Assembly: GCA_963835065.1 (NCBI GenBank)
Contig: CAWIEK010000055.1
Location: forward strand, 1-17,828
Source of the DNA: an uncultured Chthonomonadaceae bacterium
GTDB taxonomy: Bacteria; Armatimonadota; Chthonomonadetes; Chthonomonadales; Chthonomonadaceae
Direction: 5' to 3'
DNA length: 17,828 nucleotides
The number at the start of each line of letters is the position of its first letter. Positions within the stretch are counted from its first letter, which is position 1. The translations under genes and the position numbers were made by a program. This document shows, piece after piece, positions 7,542 to 16,893 of this stretch. The notes under the pieces were generated by a model. It did no database searches. It worked only from the letters and a program-made list of their open reading frames with translations, and was not told the origin of the DNA.

Positions 7542-8739
7542 ATGAACCCTTTACAGCAGGCGTTTGTGGAAGCGTTCAAAGCATGGGACAGCGCAGCGAT
7601 GGCGAACGCGCTGGCTGCCATGCTGGAAGCGTTCGCCGGTAAGCCGTTAAGTGGTGAAACGCGGCAGGAGATCGGCTGGCAATGCCGGGAACTGCTGTAT
7701 AACATGCTGCTGCATCCCAGTAATGGCGGCGGCCTGATGGTTCCTGAAATCCCGGCGCATTTTATAGCAGGAACGGGTATCGGGCGAACAAAACAACCGG
7801 AAACCGGAAGATACTCCAGCCTGACGCTGCATGTTACGCTGAGCGGGCAGGAAGCGCAATCCTTGAAAACGCGCTGGCAGGAAATGGACTTTGCCGCCGG
7901 TGACATTGTTGTAGCGCGGGAAGAAGTAAAAACACCCACGCCGCTCAAAGGCGAACCCGGCTATGTGAGCTACGACCCTGAACAGCCGAGTATTCACCGT
8001 CCGCAGGGAAACTTGCAGGCCGCCGTATCCCATACTTACGCTTACGCTCTTTCCGTGGAAGCGGGAGCCGACAGCCCTTACTTACAGCGTTACCGCGCAG
8101 GTGAATGTAAGCAGGTTTGGGATGAGTTGACGGCGTTGGGCGATGCGGCGCGCAAGCCTGATATACTGCCTCATGCCGTTGCCGTTGCGCGGGAAACCAT
8201 GCAGCGTTGCCGGATCAATGTGGAACAAATCTACGCCCGGCTGAAGAGAAGAGTACCATTTTCGTAACCCCGATGAGGTTTTTACGCCACCTAAAGACAA
8301 CATTTTGCAGCGCATTGCCGATCTGGAACAGAGCGTCGGGCCACTGCCGCTTTCGCTGTGCGCGTGGTACGAACTCGTCGGCGCGGTCAACTTCATGGTG
8401 GATACAGAAGCCCTCGGTGACTATGTTGGTTATTCCGACCCCTTAACCATATTCCCGGCGGTATACACGCTGGATTACGACGAGGAGAACTGGTATCGAG
8501 AGCGATATAAATGTGACCTCGCGCCGGACTTTTATCATAAGGATGATGTCAGCGGTGGTCCCGCCTACTGCCTGTATTTGCCGGATGCAGGGATGGACGC
8601 TTTTTTCGACAATGAGCCACACCAGACAACGTTTGTCAACTATTTACGTATCACGTTCGGACACGAAGGCTTTCCCGGCGACCCGAAGCGCGGTTCCTCC
8701 CCTTTGCTCCCCTCCCCTAACGCGCTCCTGCCCATCTGA
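7542..8739 (+). CDS. Hypothetical protein, two ORFs joined across a frameshift at about 8245-8253; C-terminal half weakly SMI1/KNR4(SUKH)-like
   Basis: The first ORF ends ..ETMQRCRINVEQIYARLK and the +1 frame continues EEYHFRNPDEVFTPPKDNILQRIADLEQSVGPLPLSLCAWYELVG. The I..LE...G.LP......Y pattern recalls the SUKH N-terminal motif. Confidence 0.6.
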
Positions 8740-8742
8740 ATT

Positions 8743-10569
8743 TTACCTGACTTCATAGAGGGCAGTCTCCGCGTTCAGGCCCATTTGTAACGAGTACATT
8801 TCGGCGTACAGGCCATTTCTTGCCATCAGTTCGCTGTGGTTGCCTTCTTCGATGAGACGGCCTTCCTCGAATACGAGGATTTTGTCGGCTCCGCGCACGA
8901 GGGAAAAGCGGTGCGAGGTTACAAAGGTCGTGCGGCCCTGCATTAATCGCTCCAATGCCTGCGTGATGATGGATTCACTTTCCGGCTCTACGCTGGAGGT
9001 CGGCTCATCCAAAATCAGAATGTCAGGGTTGGCAAGGAAGGCGCGGGCGATGCTCAGGCGCTGCCGTTGTCCGCCCGACAGTTTGACGCCCCGCTCGCCG
9101 ATTTCCGTTTCCCATGCCTGCGGCATCTCCTGAATGAAGTCGTAGGCGTTGGCGGCGCGGGCGGCGGCTTCCACCTCTTCCAAACTCGCTTCCGGCCTGC
9201 CGTAGCGCACATTGTCCAGCACCGTGCCGTTGAACAAAAACGTCTCTTGCAGCACAATCGCCATCTGGCGGCGCAGGCTTTCCTGCGTGACCCGGCGCAC
9301 ATCCTGCCCGCCGATAAGTACACTGCCACTGGTCACGTCCCAAAAGCGGGGGATGAGGTTGAGAACGGTTGTTTTGCCCGCCCCGCTCGGTCCGACAAGC
9401 GCCACCATCTGCCCCGGCTCGACCCGAAACGACACATCCTGCAACGTCGGCTTCGCGCCATATCCGAACGACACCCGCTCAAACGCAACCGAACTGTCGC
9501 CCTTGCCCAGCGTCAGGGTTGCGGCATCCGGCGCATCCATCACGCTTTCCGGCGCGTCCAGCAGTTCAAAGACCCGCGCCCCCGCCGCGTTTGCGCGCTG
9601 CAAGAGTTCGTTGATTGTGGCAAGGCTGTTAATGGGCGAAAACAATTGCCACCAGTACCCGCGATAAGCGACCAAACCGCCGACCGTAAACTGCCCTTGC
9701 AGCGCGAGATACGCCCCGTACCCAACGGAGAGAATGTTGCTGAAAAAGCCGATGAAGCGCACGGCGGGGAAAAACGTGTTGCGGGCGAAAATGGCGCGAA
9801 AGTTGGTTTGAAGATAGCTCTCGGCAACGTTGCGAAACCGGCCCGCCTCGTAACGCTCTTTGGCAAACGCTTTAATCAGGGTCAGGCCGGTCAGGTTTTC
9901 CTGCAATCGCGCGTTCACTTCGCCCAGTCTGTCCCGCGACTGCCGGTAAATGGCCTTGACGCGGGCGTTGAAAAAGCGCGTCAGGAAGAAAACGGCGACA
10001 ATCGGCAGCAGCGTCACGCAGCCTAATTTCCAATTCAGATGAATGAGTATGGCGGCCACGACCAGAAAACTCAGCGTGTTGCCCAATACCGAATCAATGG
10101 ACTGAAACGCCACTTCCTGAAGTACGTCCACATCCGACATAGCCCGCGAAATCAAATCGCCGGTGCGGTTCTCGCTTAAATAAGCCAGCGATTGCGACTG
10201 CAATTTCCGGTACACGGACTGGCGCAGATCGAACACGAACCGCTGCCCTACCCGTTCCAGCACAATGCTTTTGATGGCTTCCAGCAGCGTCGCCGTGCCC
10301 TGAATGGCAAACATCAACAGCAGAGCCGGCCACAAATGCCCGACATGGCGCTGCCCGACAACATCATCCACGATGTAGCGCCAAATTAATGGGTGCGCGG
10401 AACTGAGCGGCGTGGAAATCAGCAGCAGGCCCACGCCAAGCGCGATTTTGCCGCGATACGGACGCAGGTACGGCCACACGCGCCGAAACACGCGAATGTC
10501 CGGCTTGCCGGGCGGCAGGGTGGGCGTATCCAATTGTTCGCTGCCGCCGGCGCGATAAGATTGTCTCAC
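8743..10569 (-). CDS. ABC exporter, fused permease + ATPase (MsbA/MdlB-like half transporter)
   Basis: N-terminal transmembrane domain, Walker A GPSGAGKT, signature LSGGQRQR, Walker B ILILDE, H-loop SHR. GTG start with GGAG upstream. Confidence 0.95.
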   Translation of the reverse strand: MRQSYRAGGSEQLDTPTLPPGKPDIRVFRRVWPYLRPYRGKIALGVGLLLISTPLSSAHPLIWRYIVDDVVGQRHVGHLWPALLLMFAIQGTATLLEAIKSIVLERVGQRFVFDLRQSVYRKLQSQSLAYLSENRTGDLISRAMSDVDVLQEVAFQSIDSVLGNTLSFLVVAAILIHLNWKLGCVTLLPIVAVFFLTRFFNARVKAIYRQSRDRLGEVNARLQENLTGLTLIKAFAKERYEAGRFRNVAESYLQTNFRAIFARNTFFPAVRFIGFFSNILSVGYGAYLALQGQFTVGGLVAYRGYWWQLFSPINSLATINELLQRANAAGARVFELLDAPESVMDAPDAATLTLGKGDSSVAFERVSFGYGAKPTLQDVSFRVEPGQMVALVGPSGAGKTTVLNLIPRFWDVTSGSVLIGGQDVRRVTQESLRRQMAIVLQETFLFNGTVLDNVRYGRPEASLEEVEAAARAANAYDFIQEMPQAWETEIGERGVKLSGGQRQRLSIARAFLANPDILILDEPTSSVEPESESIITQALERLMQGRTTFVTSHRFSLVRGADKILVFEEGRLIEEGNHSELMARNGLYAEMYSLQMGLNAETALYEVR

Positions 10570-10583
10570 GATTTAGCTCCCGG

Positions 10584-10698
10584 CCTCTTGTCTTTCAACA
10601 TCCCTCTTGTCCTTCAGCATCTTAACTATTTTCCTGCATCTTATCTTCCCGCGTCTTATTATCTACGTTTTATGGCCGCGTCTTATCTTCCGGCGTTT
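10584..10698. repeat. Tandem 19-mer x2 followed by degenerate 15-mer repeats
   Basis: CCTCTTGTCTTTCAACATC (10584-10602) and CCTCTTGTCCTTCAGCATC (10603-10621). Then TATTTTCCTGCATCT (10627), TATCTTCCCGCGTCT (10642) and TATCTTCCGGCGTTT (10684). Confidence 0.65.
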
Positions 10699-11077
10699 GT
10701 TCCGCCTGCCGCGCCGCGTTCTGCTGCCGGCACTCCAGCACCTGATCGAAATACTCCTCCGCCCACAGGCAGAGATTGTGGAGCGGCTGCCAGAGGGTTT
10801 CGCCAAGCGGCGTCAGCGTATACTCCGTTTTCGGCGGGACAACCGGGTAAACTTTGCGCGTGAGAAGCCCGTCGCGCTCCATGTTGCGCAGGGTGAAGAT
10901 CAACATGCGCTGCGAAATGCCGTCAATCTCGCGCTGCAATTCGCTGTAGCGCTTCGTGCCGTGTTTGAGCGCGTAGATAATAAGGATCGTCCACTTATCG
11001 GAAACCAGGTCAAGCGCCAAACGCGCCCCCAATGTGGAGAGTTCCGCATGTGAATTGTTCTTTGGGCTGATTGACAT
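10670..11077 (-). CDS. HxlR-family winged-helix transcriptional regulator
   Basis: LDLVSDKWTILII, RYSELQREIDGISQRML..TLRNMERDGLL.RKVYPVVPPKTEY.LT.LG. ATG 11077 is preceded by AGGAG. Confidence 0.93.
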   Translation of the reverse strand: MSISPKNNSHAELSTLGARLALDLVSDKWTILIIYALKHGTKRYSELQREIDGISQRMLIFTLRNMERDGLLTRKVYPVVPPKTEYTLTPLGETLWQPLHNLCLWAEEYFDQVLECRQQNAARQAEQTPEDKTRP

Positions 11078-11116
11078 GGCTGCCGTCTCCTGCGCTGGAA
11101 AAATTAGATCGCTCTC

Positions 11117-11196
11117 ATGTGCGTAGATACGCACATAGATGTAAGTATGGCACATTGATGTACGTACTTCCAATTCCAGATTGTTTTTAGTATACT
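11117..11196 (+). promoter_or_regulatory. Divergent control region: palindromes plus promoter of the oxidoreductase
   Basis: Perfect IR ATGTGCGTA-GA-TACGCACAT (11117-11136). AAGTA-N17-TACTT (11143-11169) overlaps a -35 TTCCAA (11168-11173), followed by N17 and -10 TATACT (11191-11196). Confidence 0.6.
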
Positions 11197-11299
11197 ATGA
11201 GCGCAACAACGACAGCACGGGGCAGACGGCCTTTCTTCCGCAATAGCAACGCGGAAACTTATCTCTTCGGGCAAACGGAATCAGGAGACGACAACCAAC

Positions 11300-11932
11300 A
11301 TGAAAATCGGCATTATCGGCGCGGGAAACGTGGGAAGCGCATTGGCGCGGGGCTGGATTGCAAAAGGACATGAGGTGAAGTTCGGCGTACCGGACCCGGC
11401 TGCCAACAAAATCGGCGCGCTGCTGGTCGAACTGGGAACGCAGGCGACGGCGAGCAGCGTGGCGGAAGCCGCCGGGTTCGGCGCAGTGGTGGCATTGGCG
11501 GTTCCCTGGCAGGCGGCGCAGGACGCGGTTCAAAACATGGGCAATCTGTCCGGCAAAATCCTGCTCGACTGCACCAACCCCATCAAAGCGGACTTTTCCG
11601 GGCTGGAAATCGGGCATACCACGTCTGCCGGGGAAATCGTCGCGCAATGGGCGGCGGGAGCCAATGTCGTGAAGATTTTCAATACGACGGGCGCGAACGT
11701 CATGGCGGATTCTCACTTTGACGGGCAGATTCCGGTGATGTTTTACTGCGGCGACGATGCCGAATCCAAAAAAGTCGGGGCGCAACTGGCTTCAGAACTT
11801 GGCTTTGATCCCGTAGACGCCGGCCCGCTGACGCAATCCGCGCTGCTGGAAGCGGCGGCCTGGCTGTGGATCACAATGGCGCTCAAATACGGCGCGGGAA
11901 CCAATATGGCTTTCGCTCTCCTGAAGCGCTGA
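11300..11932 (+). CDS. NADP oxidoreductase, F420-dependent NADP reductase-like (COG2085 dinucleotide-binding enzyme)
   Basis: MKIGIIGAGNVG Rossmann motif, LAVPW, GKILLDCTNP, VVKIFNT, CGDDAESK, GFDPVDAGPL. AGGAG RBS. Confidence 0.92.
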   Translation: MKIGIIGAGNVGSALARGWIAKGHEVKFGVPDPAANKIGALLVELGTQATASSVAEAAGFGAVVALAVPWQAAQDAVQNMGNLSGKILLDCTNPIKADFSGLEIGHTTSAGEIVAQWAAGANVVKIFNTTGANVMADSHFDGQIPVMFYCGDDAESKKVGAQLASELGFDPVDAGPLTQSALLEAAAWLWITMALKYGAGTNMAFALLKR

Positions 11933-11986
11933 ACATTAGCGAAACATTGTCCTGCCGCGAAACATCCGCCTGGTGGCGAAGAAAGG

Positions 11987-12742
11987 CTACTTCTTCACCA
12001 GGCGGATGCTGCGCGTCATGCGCTCCAAAATCGGCTTTAGCGCGGCGGCTTCGCTCGGACTTGTCAGCGAGCCAACCGTCACCATACCCCGGAAATCCCC
12101 CGCTTCCGTCGGCACAATAATCAGCGAATCATAGTCAGAGTGGATAGTGGAACCGGGGAGCGCCGTTCCCGTCTGAATGGGCGTTGCCTTGTCCATTGCC
12201 TCCGCAAGCGCGGGGCCAAGCGGATGCGACAGGCGCTGAATAGTCATCTTCCTGCCCGGAGTGTTTTGCATCGCGGATTTATCTGCCGATGCAATGGTAT
12301 CCAGCGAGGTATTCGCCTCGCGTAGTTTGTCGGCATGGCTCATGGGTGGCGCAGGAAGCATGCCCTCACGAATTTCAGGCGCTACACAGACGATAATCCG
12401 CGTAATACTGCCCTCCCCGGCCTGATGCAGAATAACGCGGTTCCACCAGGCCATCGGCCCCGTAAGCGGCTTGCGGCGCAGGGTCAGGATGGTGAAATTG
12501 GGGCGGCTCGATTGGGTTACCAGTTGCCAGTTGTCGGGACATTCCATTGTGCCTACCCACTCTCCCGGCTTGCCGCTCCCTGTAACGACATGCCAGGAGG
12601 GACGCGCAGACCTCATAGCTGCCGTCAAGCCGCCCAGCAAAACAACACAGACAAGCAAGCCGCTCAAAATCCGTCTGAATCGTTTACGCGCAGGCTTTGA
12701 AGTTTTCTGTTGCGCGTCGGGCGTGTCCGCAAGGCTCATCAT
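11987..12742 (-). CDS. Hypothetical membrane-anchored protein
   Basis: GGAG before ATG-ATG (12742/12739). Basic patch RKRFRR followed by hydrophobic ILSGLLVCVVLLGGLTAAM. Consensus promoter upstream. No family recognised. Confidence 0.7.
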   Translation of the reverse strand: MMSLADTPDAQQKTSKPARKRFRRILSGLLVCVVLLGGLTAAMRSARPSWHVVTGSGKPGEWVGTMECPDNWQLVTQSSRPNFTILTLRRKPLTGPMAWWNRVILHQAGEGSITRIIVCVAPEIREGMLPAPPMSHADKLREANTSLDTIASADKSAMQNTPGRKMTIQRLSHPLGPALAEAMDKATPIQTGTALPGSTIHSDYDSLIIVPTEAGDFRGMVTVGSLTSPSEAAALKPILERMTRSIRLVKK

Positions 12743-12850
12743 TTTTCTCCCGTCTATTTCCTCTGGCCGTTCTGTTCTCACCCAATAACAAAGCAAGGAA
12801 GCTACAAATGGTTGTGTGGAGGAATATCTAGTCCACAGGGATATACGGGC

Positions 12851-12879
12851 ATTATAGCGTCACGGGTTTGCTGTGTCAA
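12851..12879 (-). promoter_or_regulatory. Perfect-consensus sigma70 promoter
   Basis: Minus strand TTGACA (12879-12874)-N17-TATAAT (12856-12851). Confidence 0.75.
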
Positions 12880-13023
12880 GCCGCAAACTATCCATCGGGC
12901 GCAATCGCCAACATTCTGCAGGCAATGCCGTCACAAAGTGGAGGCGCGTTCGTAAACTTGGGAGTTGGCGCGAATTGCGGCAGGAATACGCTATTTTTTA
13001 ATGGCTGCACAGGAGAAGCGAAC

Positions 13024-14451
13024 ATGCGAGGCACAAGGGCGAAACGCTGGGGGCAATGGCTGCTGTTGGGCGCGTGTTTGGGCGGCATACAGGCGTGTGG
13101 CGGCGGCAGGGGTGGCACGAATGGGCTGGACGAAACCACGACGGAAGGCACGGAGCAGTACGCATTAGCCGTGTCGCCGGACGGGAGCAAGGTCGCCAGT
13201 GGCGGCACGTTTGTACGCACCACGTACAATGGCGAATATGCCGTAGACGATACGACGAGTTCCGGCACAACCCTTCCGAACGATCCCGCCACGCCTACGC
13301 CATCCGATCCCCTGCCCGGCCCGGTTGAAGACATTCCGCCCGACAATGGAAATCAGTCCGGGTCGGGCGATAATTCCAGTGGAAACAGCGGGGGCGACAG
13401 CAATTCGCCGCCGGATGAGTCCAATGCGGGGGAAGGCAACGTAGATCGCTTATTGCGCCGCGCTTCGCGGGGTGGACTTCTCAGCGCCCTTGCCGCTTCC
13501 CACAAAGCCGCCGGAAAGCGAAACCTGACGGCAGGTAGGCCAACCCTGACGCGGGTTGCTGTTACGCCGGGCGGGGCGCAGGGGCAAACGGCTGCCGCTT
13601 CCAAAACACACCGCTACGTTTATGAAGACTTGTCGGGGCGTATCTGGTACGCGAACCCACTCAACGGGCAGCGCGTCGGTGGCGTCAATCTTGGGCAGAT
13701 CGTGTACGCGCTGGCCTATTCGCCGGATGGAACCCTGCTGGCAAGCGGCAGTCAGGATCGCGTTTTACGGCTGATAAATTCGCGCAGCAGCGCGGTTCTG
13801 GCCGAACTGCGCGGGCATGGCGACCGCATCAGCGGCGTGGCGTTTGCCCCCGACGGCAAGCGCGTGGCGTCTGCCGGCTACAACGACCATACGGTTCGCA
13901 TCTGGGACGTGCAGGCGCGGACACAGTTGCAATCCATTCCCACCGGCAGCCTGGGCGCAACTGCCATTGCCTTTTCCCCGGACGGCGCGACCCTTGCCGG
14001 AGCCGTCGGGGATGGCACGGTGTACATCTGGAACGCGCAAACGGGCAGTGTGGTTCAAACCCTGAAAGCGCACAAGTACGCGGCCTTCGCGGTTGCCTAC
14101 TCCCCCGACGGCAAAACCCTTGCCAGTGGCAGCGCGGACAACACGGTAATCCTGTGGAACCCGCAAACCGGAACCCCGCAGCAAACTCTGACGGGACATA
14201 CCAACTTTGTCTTCGGCGTCCGCTTTTCCGCTGACGGCAAATTGCTGGCGACCGGCAGCTCAGACCGCACCGTAAAACTGTGGGACGCGCACACGGGCGC
14301 GCTGCTCAACACCCTTTCCGCGCCCGAAAACATTCAGGCCGTAGACTTCACGCCCGACAGCCAGACCGTCATCGGCGCGGGCGGCGGCGGCAACCTGCGC
14401 GCGTGGGATGTCCTGAGCGGGCAGATGAAGTGGGAGCAGCAGCTGCGCTAG
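13024..14451 (+). CDS. WD40-repeat beta-propeller protein, probable lipoprotein
   Basis: AGGAG RBS and signal MRGTRAKRW..LLLGACLGGIQA|C. Seven (F/Y/V)SPDG-type repeats, e.g. GHTNFVFGVRFSADGKLLATGSSDRTVKLWD. Confidence 0.9.
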   Translation: MRGTRAKRWGQWLLLGACLGGIQACGGGRGGTNGLDETTTEGTEQYALAVSPDGSKVASGGTFVRTTYNGEYAVDDTTSSGTTLPNDPATPTPSDPLPGPVEDIPPDNGNQSGSGDNSSGNSGGDSNSPPDESNAGEGNVDRLLRRASRGGLLSALAASHKAAGKRNLTAGRPTLTRVAVTPGGAQGQTAAASKTHRYVYEDLSGRIWYANPLNGQRVGGVNLGQIVYALAYSPDGTLLASGSQDRVLRLINSRSSAVLAELRGHGDRISGVAFAPDGKRVASAGYNDHTVRIWDVQARTQLQSIPTGSLGATAIAFSPDGATLAGAVGDGTVYIWNAQTGSVVQTLKAHKYAAFAVAYSPDGKTLASGSADNTVILWNPQTGTPQQTLTGHTNFVFGVRFSADGKLLATGSSDRTVKLWDAHTGALLNTLSAPENIQAVDFTPDSQTVIGAGGGGNLRAWDVLSGQMKWEQQLR

Positions 14452-14464
14452 TTGGCATGGGTTC

Positions 14465-16702
14465 TTAAGCCGATTGCAGCAGTAGTTCTGCTTTTGCTTT
14501 CATCAGCGGATGGGCTTCCCCGGCAAGCAGCGCCTCGATCTGCGCGGCGGGGAGCGGCTTGTGCATGAGAAAGCCTTGCCCCAGGTCGCAGCCCAGGTCT
14601 TGCAGATACGTAAACTGCTCCTGTGTTTCAATGCCTTCGCACGTTACGGAAAGCCGCAGGGTACGGGCCAGGCTGATGATCGCGCGCACAATCGCTTCAT
14701 CCCCGCCGGACACGCCGATCCGGTTGATAAACGAGCGATCAATCTTGAGCGTGTTCAAGGGTAACTGCGACAGGTAGGACATGGAACTGTAGCCTGTCCC
14801 GAAGTCGTCAATAGCAAGCCGGATGCCCAAATCGCGCAGCGCCGTCATGGTTTCGATGGTTGCGCTCGTATCTTGCAGCATCATGCTTTCCGTGATCTCC
14901 AATTTCAGGTATTCGGGAGCCAATCCGGTTTCTTCCAGGATGGCGGCTACCTGCGCGATAATGTCTTTTTCCAGCATCTGCCGTATGGAAAGGTTGACGC
15001 TCATCACAAAATTGTGGGCATCCGGGTATTGGGTTTGCCAGCGCCGCGCTTCTAAACACGCCTGCCGCAGCACCCATCTTCCCAGAGGCACGATCAACCC
15101 GGTTTCTTCGGCGATGGGAATGAATTTCGCCGGCGAAATCATGCCCCGCGTCGGGTGCTGCCAGCGTACCAGGGCTTCCACTCCGGCCAGTCGACCCGAT
15201 TGCAAATCCATGATCGGTTGATAAAAAACGACGAACTCTCCGTTAGCAATGGCCTGGCGCATATCGGTTTCCAGTTCCAGTCGTTCCTGCGCCCGCGTAT
15301 TCATGCTCATATCGAACAGCGTATAACGTCCTTTGCCCTGCAGCTTGGCCTGGTACATGGCGGTATCCGCATCCCGCAGCAGATCACCGGCGGTGCGGAC
15401 ATCGTCCAAAACAGTGAGGGTCAGCCCGATGCTGGCGCCCGGAAACACATCCCGTTCCCCCAAACGGAAGGGCAGATGAAGCGCTTCCACAGCGCGTTCC
15501 GCGATGGCTGCGGCTTCTTTTTCTCCACTGAGTTCTTCCAGCAAAATCACGAACTCATCTCCGCCCAGACGCGCGACGGTATCGCCCGGACGAACACACC
15601 CGCGCAGCCGCCCGGCAATCGTTTGCAGCAGGGTATCGCCCGCTTCATGTCCCAGGCTGTCATTGACCACCTTGAAATTGTCCAGGTCTACAAACAACAG
15701 TCCGATAGCATCCCCGGTGCGCGCGGCGCGGGCCAAGCCTTGCTCCATCCGGTTGAGCAGCAGGGCGCGGTTGGGAAGATCGGTCAGCGTATCATGGAAC
15801 GCCTGATGCGCAATTTGGTTTTCCGCCTCTTTGCGCGCCGTGATGTCGGTGCAGATGCCCAACAAATGCTCGACAGCCCCATCCGGCGACGCGAGGGGAC
15901 GCTTCACGGTTTGCAGCCAGTGCGCTCGTCCTTCGCAGTCCGTTATCACTTCGGCGGGAATGAACTTTTCGCGCCGGAAGCGGATCACATCGCGGTCATC
16001 TTCGGAGAATTGGGCTACCTCGTTGGCATTGTGGTTGAAGTCGGCATCGGTTTTGCCGACCAGTTCCGCAGGCGTCGTGCCGTACAGAGCGGCAAGGGCT
16101 TGATTGGCAAGCGTGTAGACGCCATCGGCATTTTTCACAAAGATCAGGTTCGGGTCGGTATCCAGCACTTTGCGCAGGAACTGCTCTTGCTGCCGCAGCG
16201 CTTCGGTGCGCTCGGCCACGCGCCGCTCCAGTTCGTCATGCGCCTGCTGCAAAGCTGTTTCCGCTTCTACCCGCGCTGTGACATCGTTTTGGATGCCGAC
16301 GCAGTGCGTCAACACGCCCTCCGCATCGAAAATGGGAGCCATAAACAATTCGTTCCAGAACGCTCTGCCGTCCTTGCGAAAATTGTGCAAAATCACGCTG
16401 CACGGAACGGCGCGATCCAGGGCGTCGCGCATGGTTTGCCGCGCCGCCAGGTTGCTTGGCGCGTTGCGGTCTGTCCCTTGCAGGAAGCGGCAGTTCTTGC
16501 CCAGAATGTCTTCGGCTTTGTAGCCGCTGATGGTCTCGAAAGCGGGATTGACGTAGATCAAGGGACGATCCGGCAGGCGCATATCGGCAATCACGATGCC
16601 GTTGATGCTGGCTTCCATTGCCTGCCGCTGTAGATGCAGGGCGGCTTCCTGCGGCATCTGGAAAAGGTTGTAGGGAAAGGCGTTTGCGATAGCGTTGTTC
16701 AT
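14465..16702 (-). CDS. LOV-PAS-GGDEF-EAL blue-light-sensing diguanylate cyclase/phosphodiesterase
   Basis: LOV motif GKNCRFLQG (16501-16475) with downstream N.RKDG..FWN and GIQ.DVT. Second PAS/PAC domain, RPGD-x5-GGDEF, EALVRW, LEITES, DDFGTGYSS, LKIDRSF, EGIET. Confidence 0.95.
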   Translation of the reverse strand: MNNAIANAFPYNLFQMPQEAALHLQRQAMEASINGIVIADMRLPDRPLIYVNPAFETISGYKAEDILGKNCRFLQGTDRNAPSNLAARQTMRDALDRAVPCSVILHNFRKDGRAFWNELFMAPIFDAEGVLTHCVGIQNDVTARVEAETALQQAHDELERRVAERTEALRQQEQFLRKVLDTDPNLIFVKNADGVYTLANQALAALYGTTPAELVGKTDADFNHNANEVAQFSEDDRDVIRFRREKFIPAEVITDCEGRAHWLQTVKRPLASPDGAVEHLLGICTDITARKEAENQIAHQAFHDTLTDLPNRALLLNRMEQGLARAARTGDAIGLLFVDLDNFKVVNDSLGHEAGDTLLQTIAGRLRGCVRPGDTVARLGGDEFVILLEELSGEKEAAAIAERAVEALHLPFRLGERDVFPGASIGLTLTVLDDVRTAGDLLRDADTAMYQAKLQGKGRYTLFDMSMNTRAQERLELETDMRQAIANGEFVVFYQPIMDLQSGRLAGVEALVRWQHPTRGMISPAKFIPIAEETGLIVPLGRWVLRQACLEARRWQTQYPDAHNFVMSVNLSIRQMLEKDIIAQVAAILEETGLAPEYLKLEITESMMLQDTSATIETMTALRDLGIRLAIDDFGTGYSSMSYLSQLPLNTLKIDRSFINRIGVSGGDEAIVRAIISLARTLRLSVTCEGIETQEQFTYLQDLGCDLGQGFLMHKPLPAAQIEALLAGEAHPLMKAKAELLLQSA

Positions 16703-16893
16703 TAGCTTCTATTTCTCGTCGAATGCGGTTGTCAGCAGCCGGCAAATCGTGGGCAACTCTGACGGCAATTTGTGCAGGTTGCTTTAATTTTCGGCGAAAG
16801 GACGCGCTTCTGAAGAGCAAGTGAAGGCAAACTGACCCATTTTCAACACAAGGCAAGGAAGCAGGTACAATGTAATGGGAGAAATTCGCGCCA

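Noticed and set aside
11939..11965. GCGAAACAT direct repeat between convergent genes
   Set aside because: Only two 9-nt copies with no further structure.
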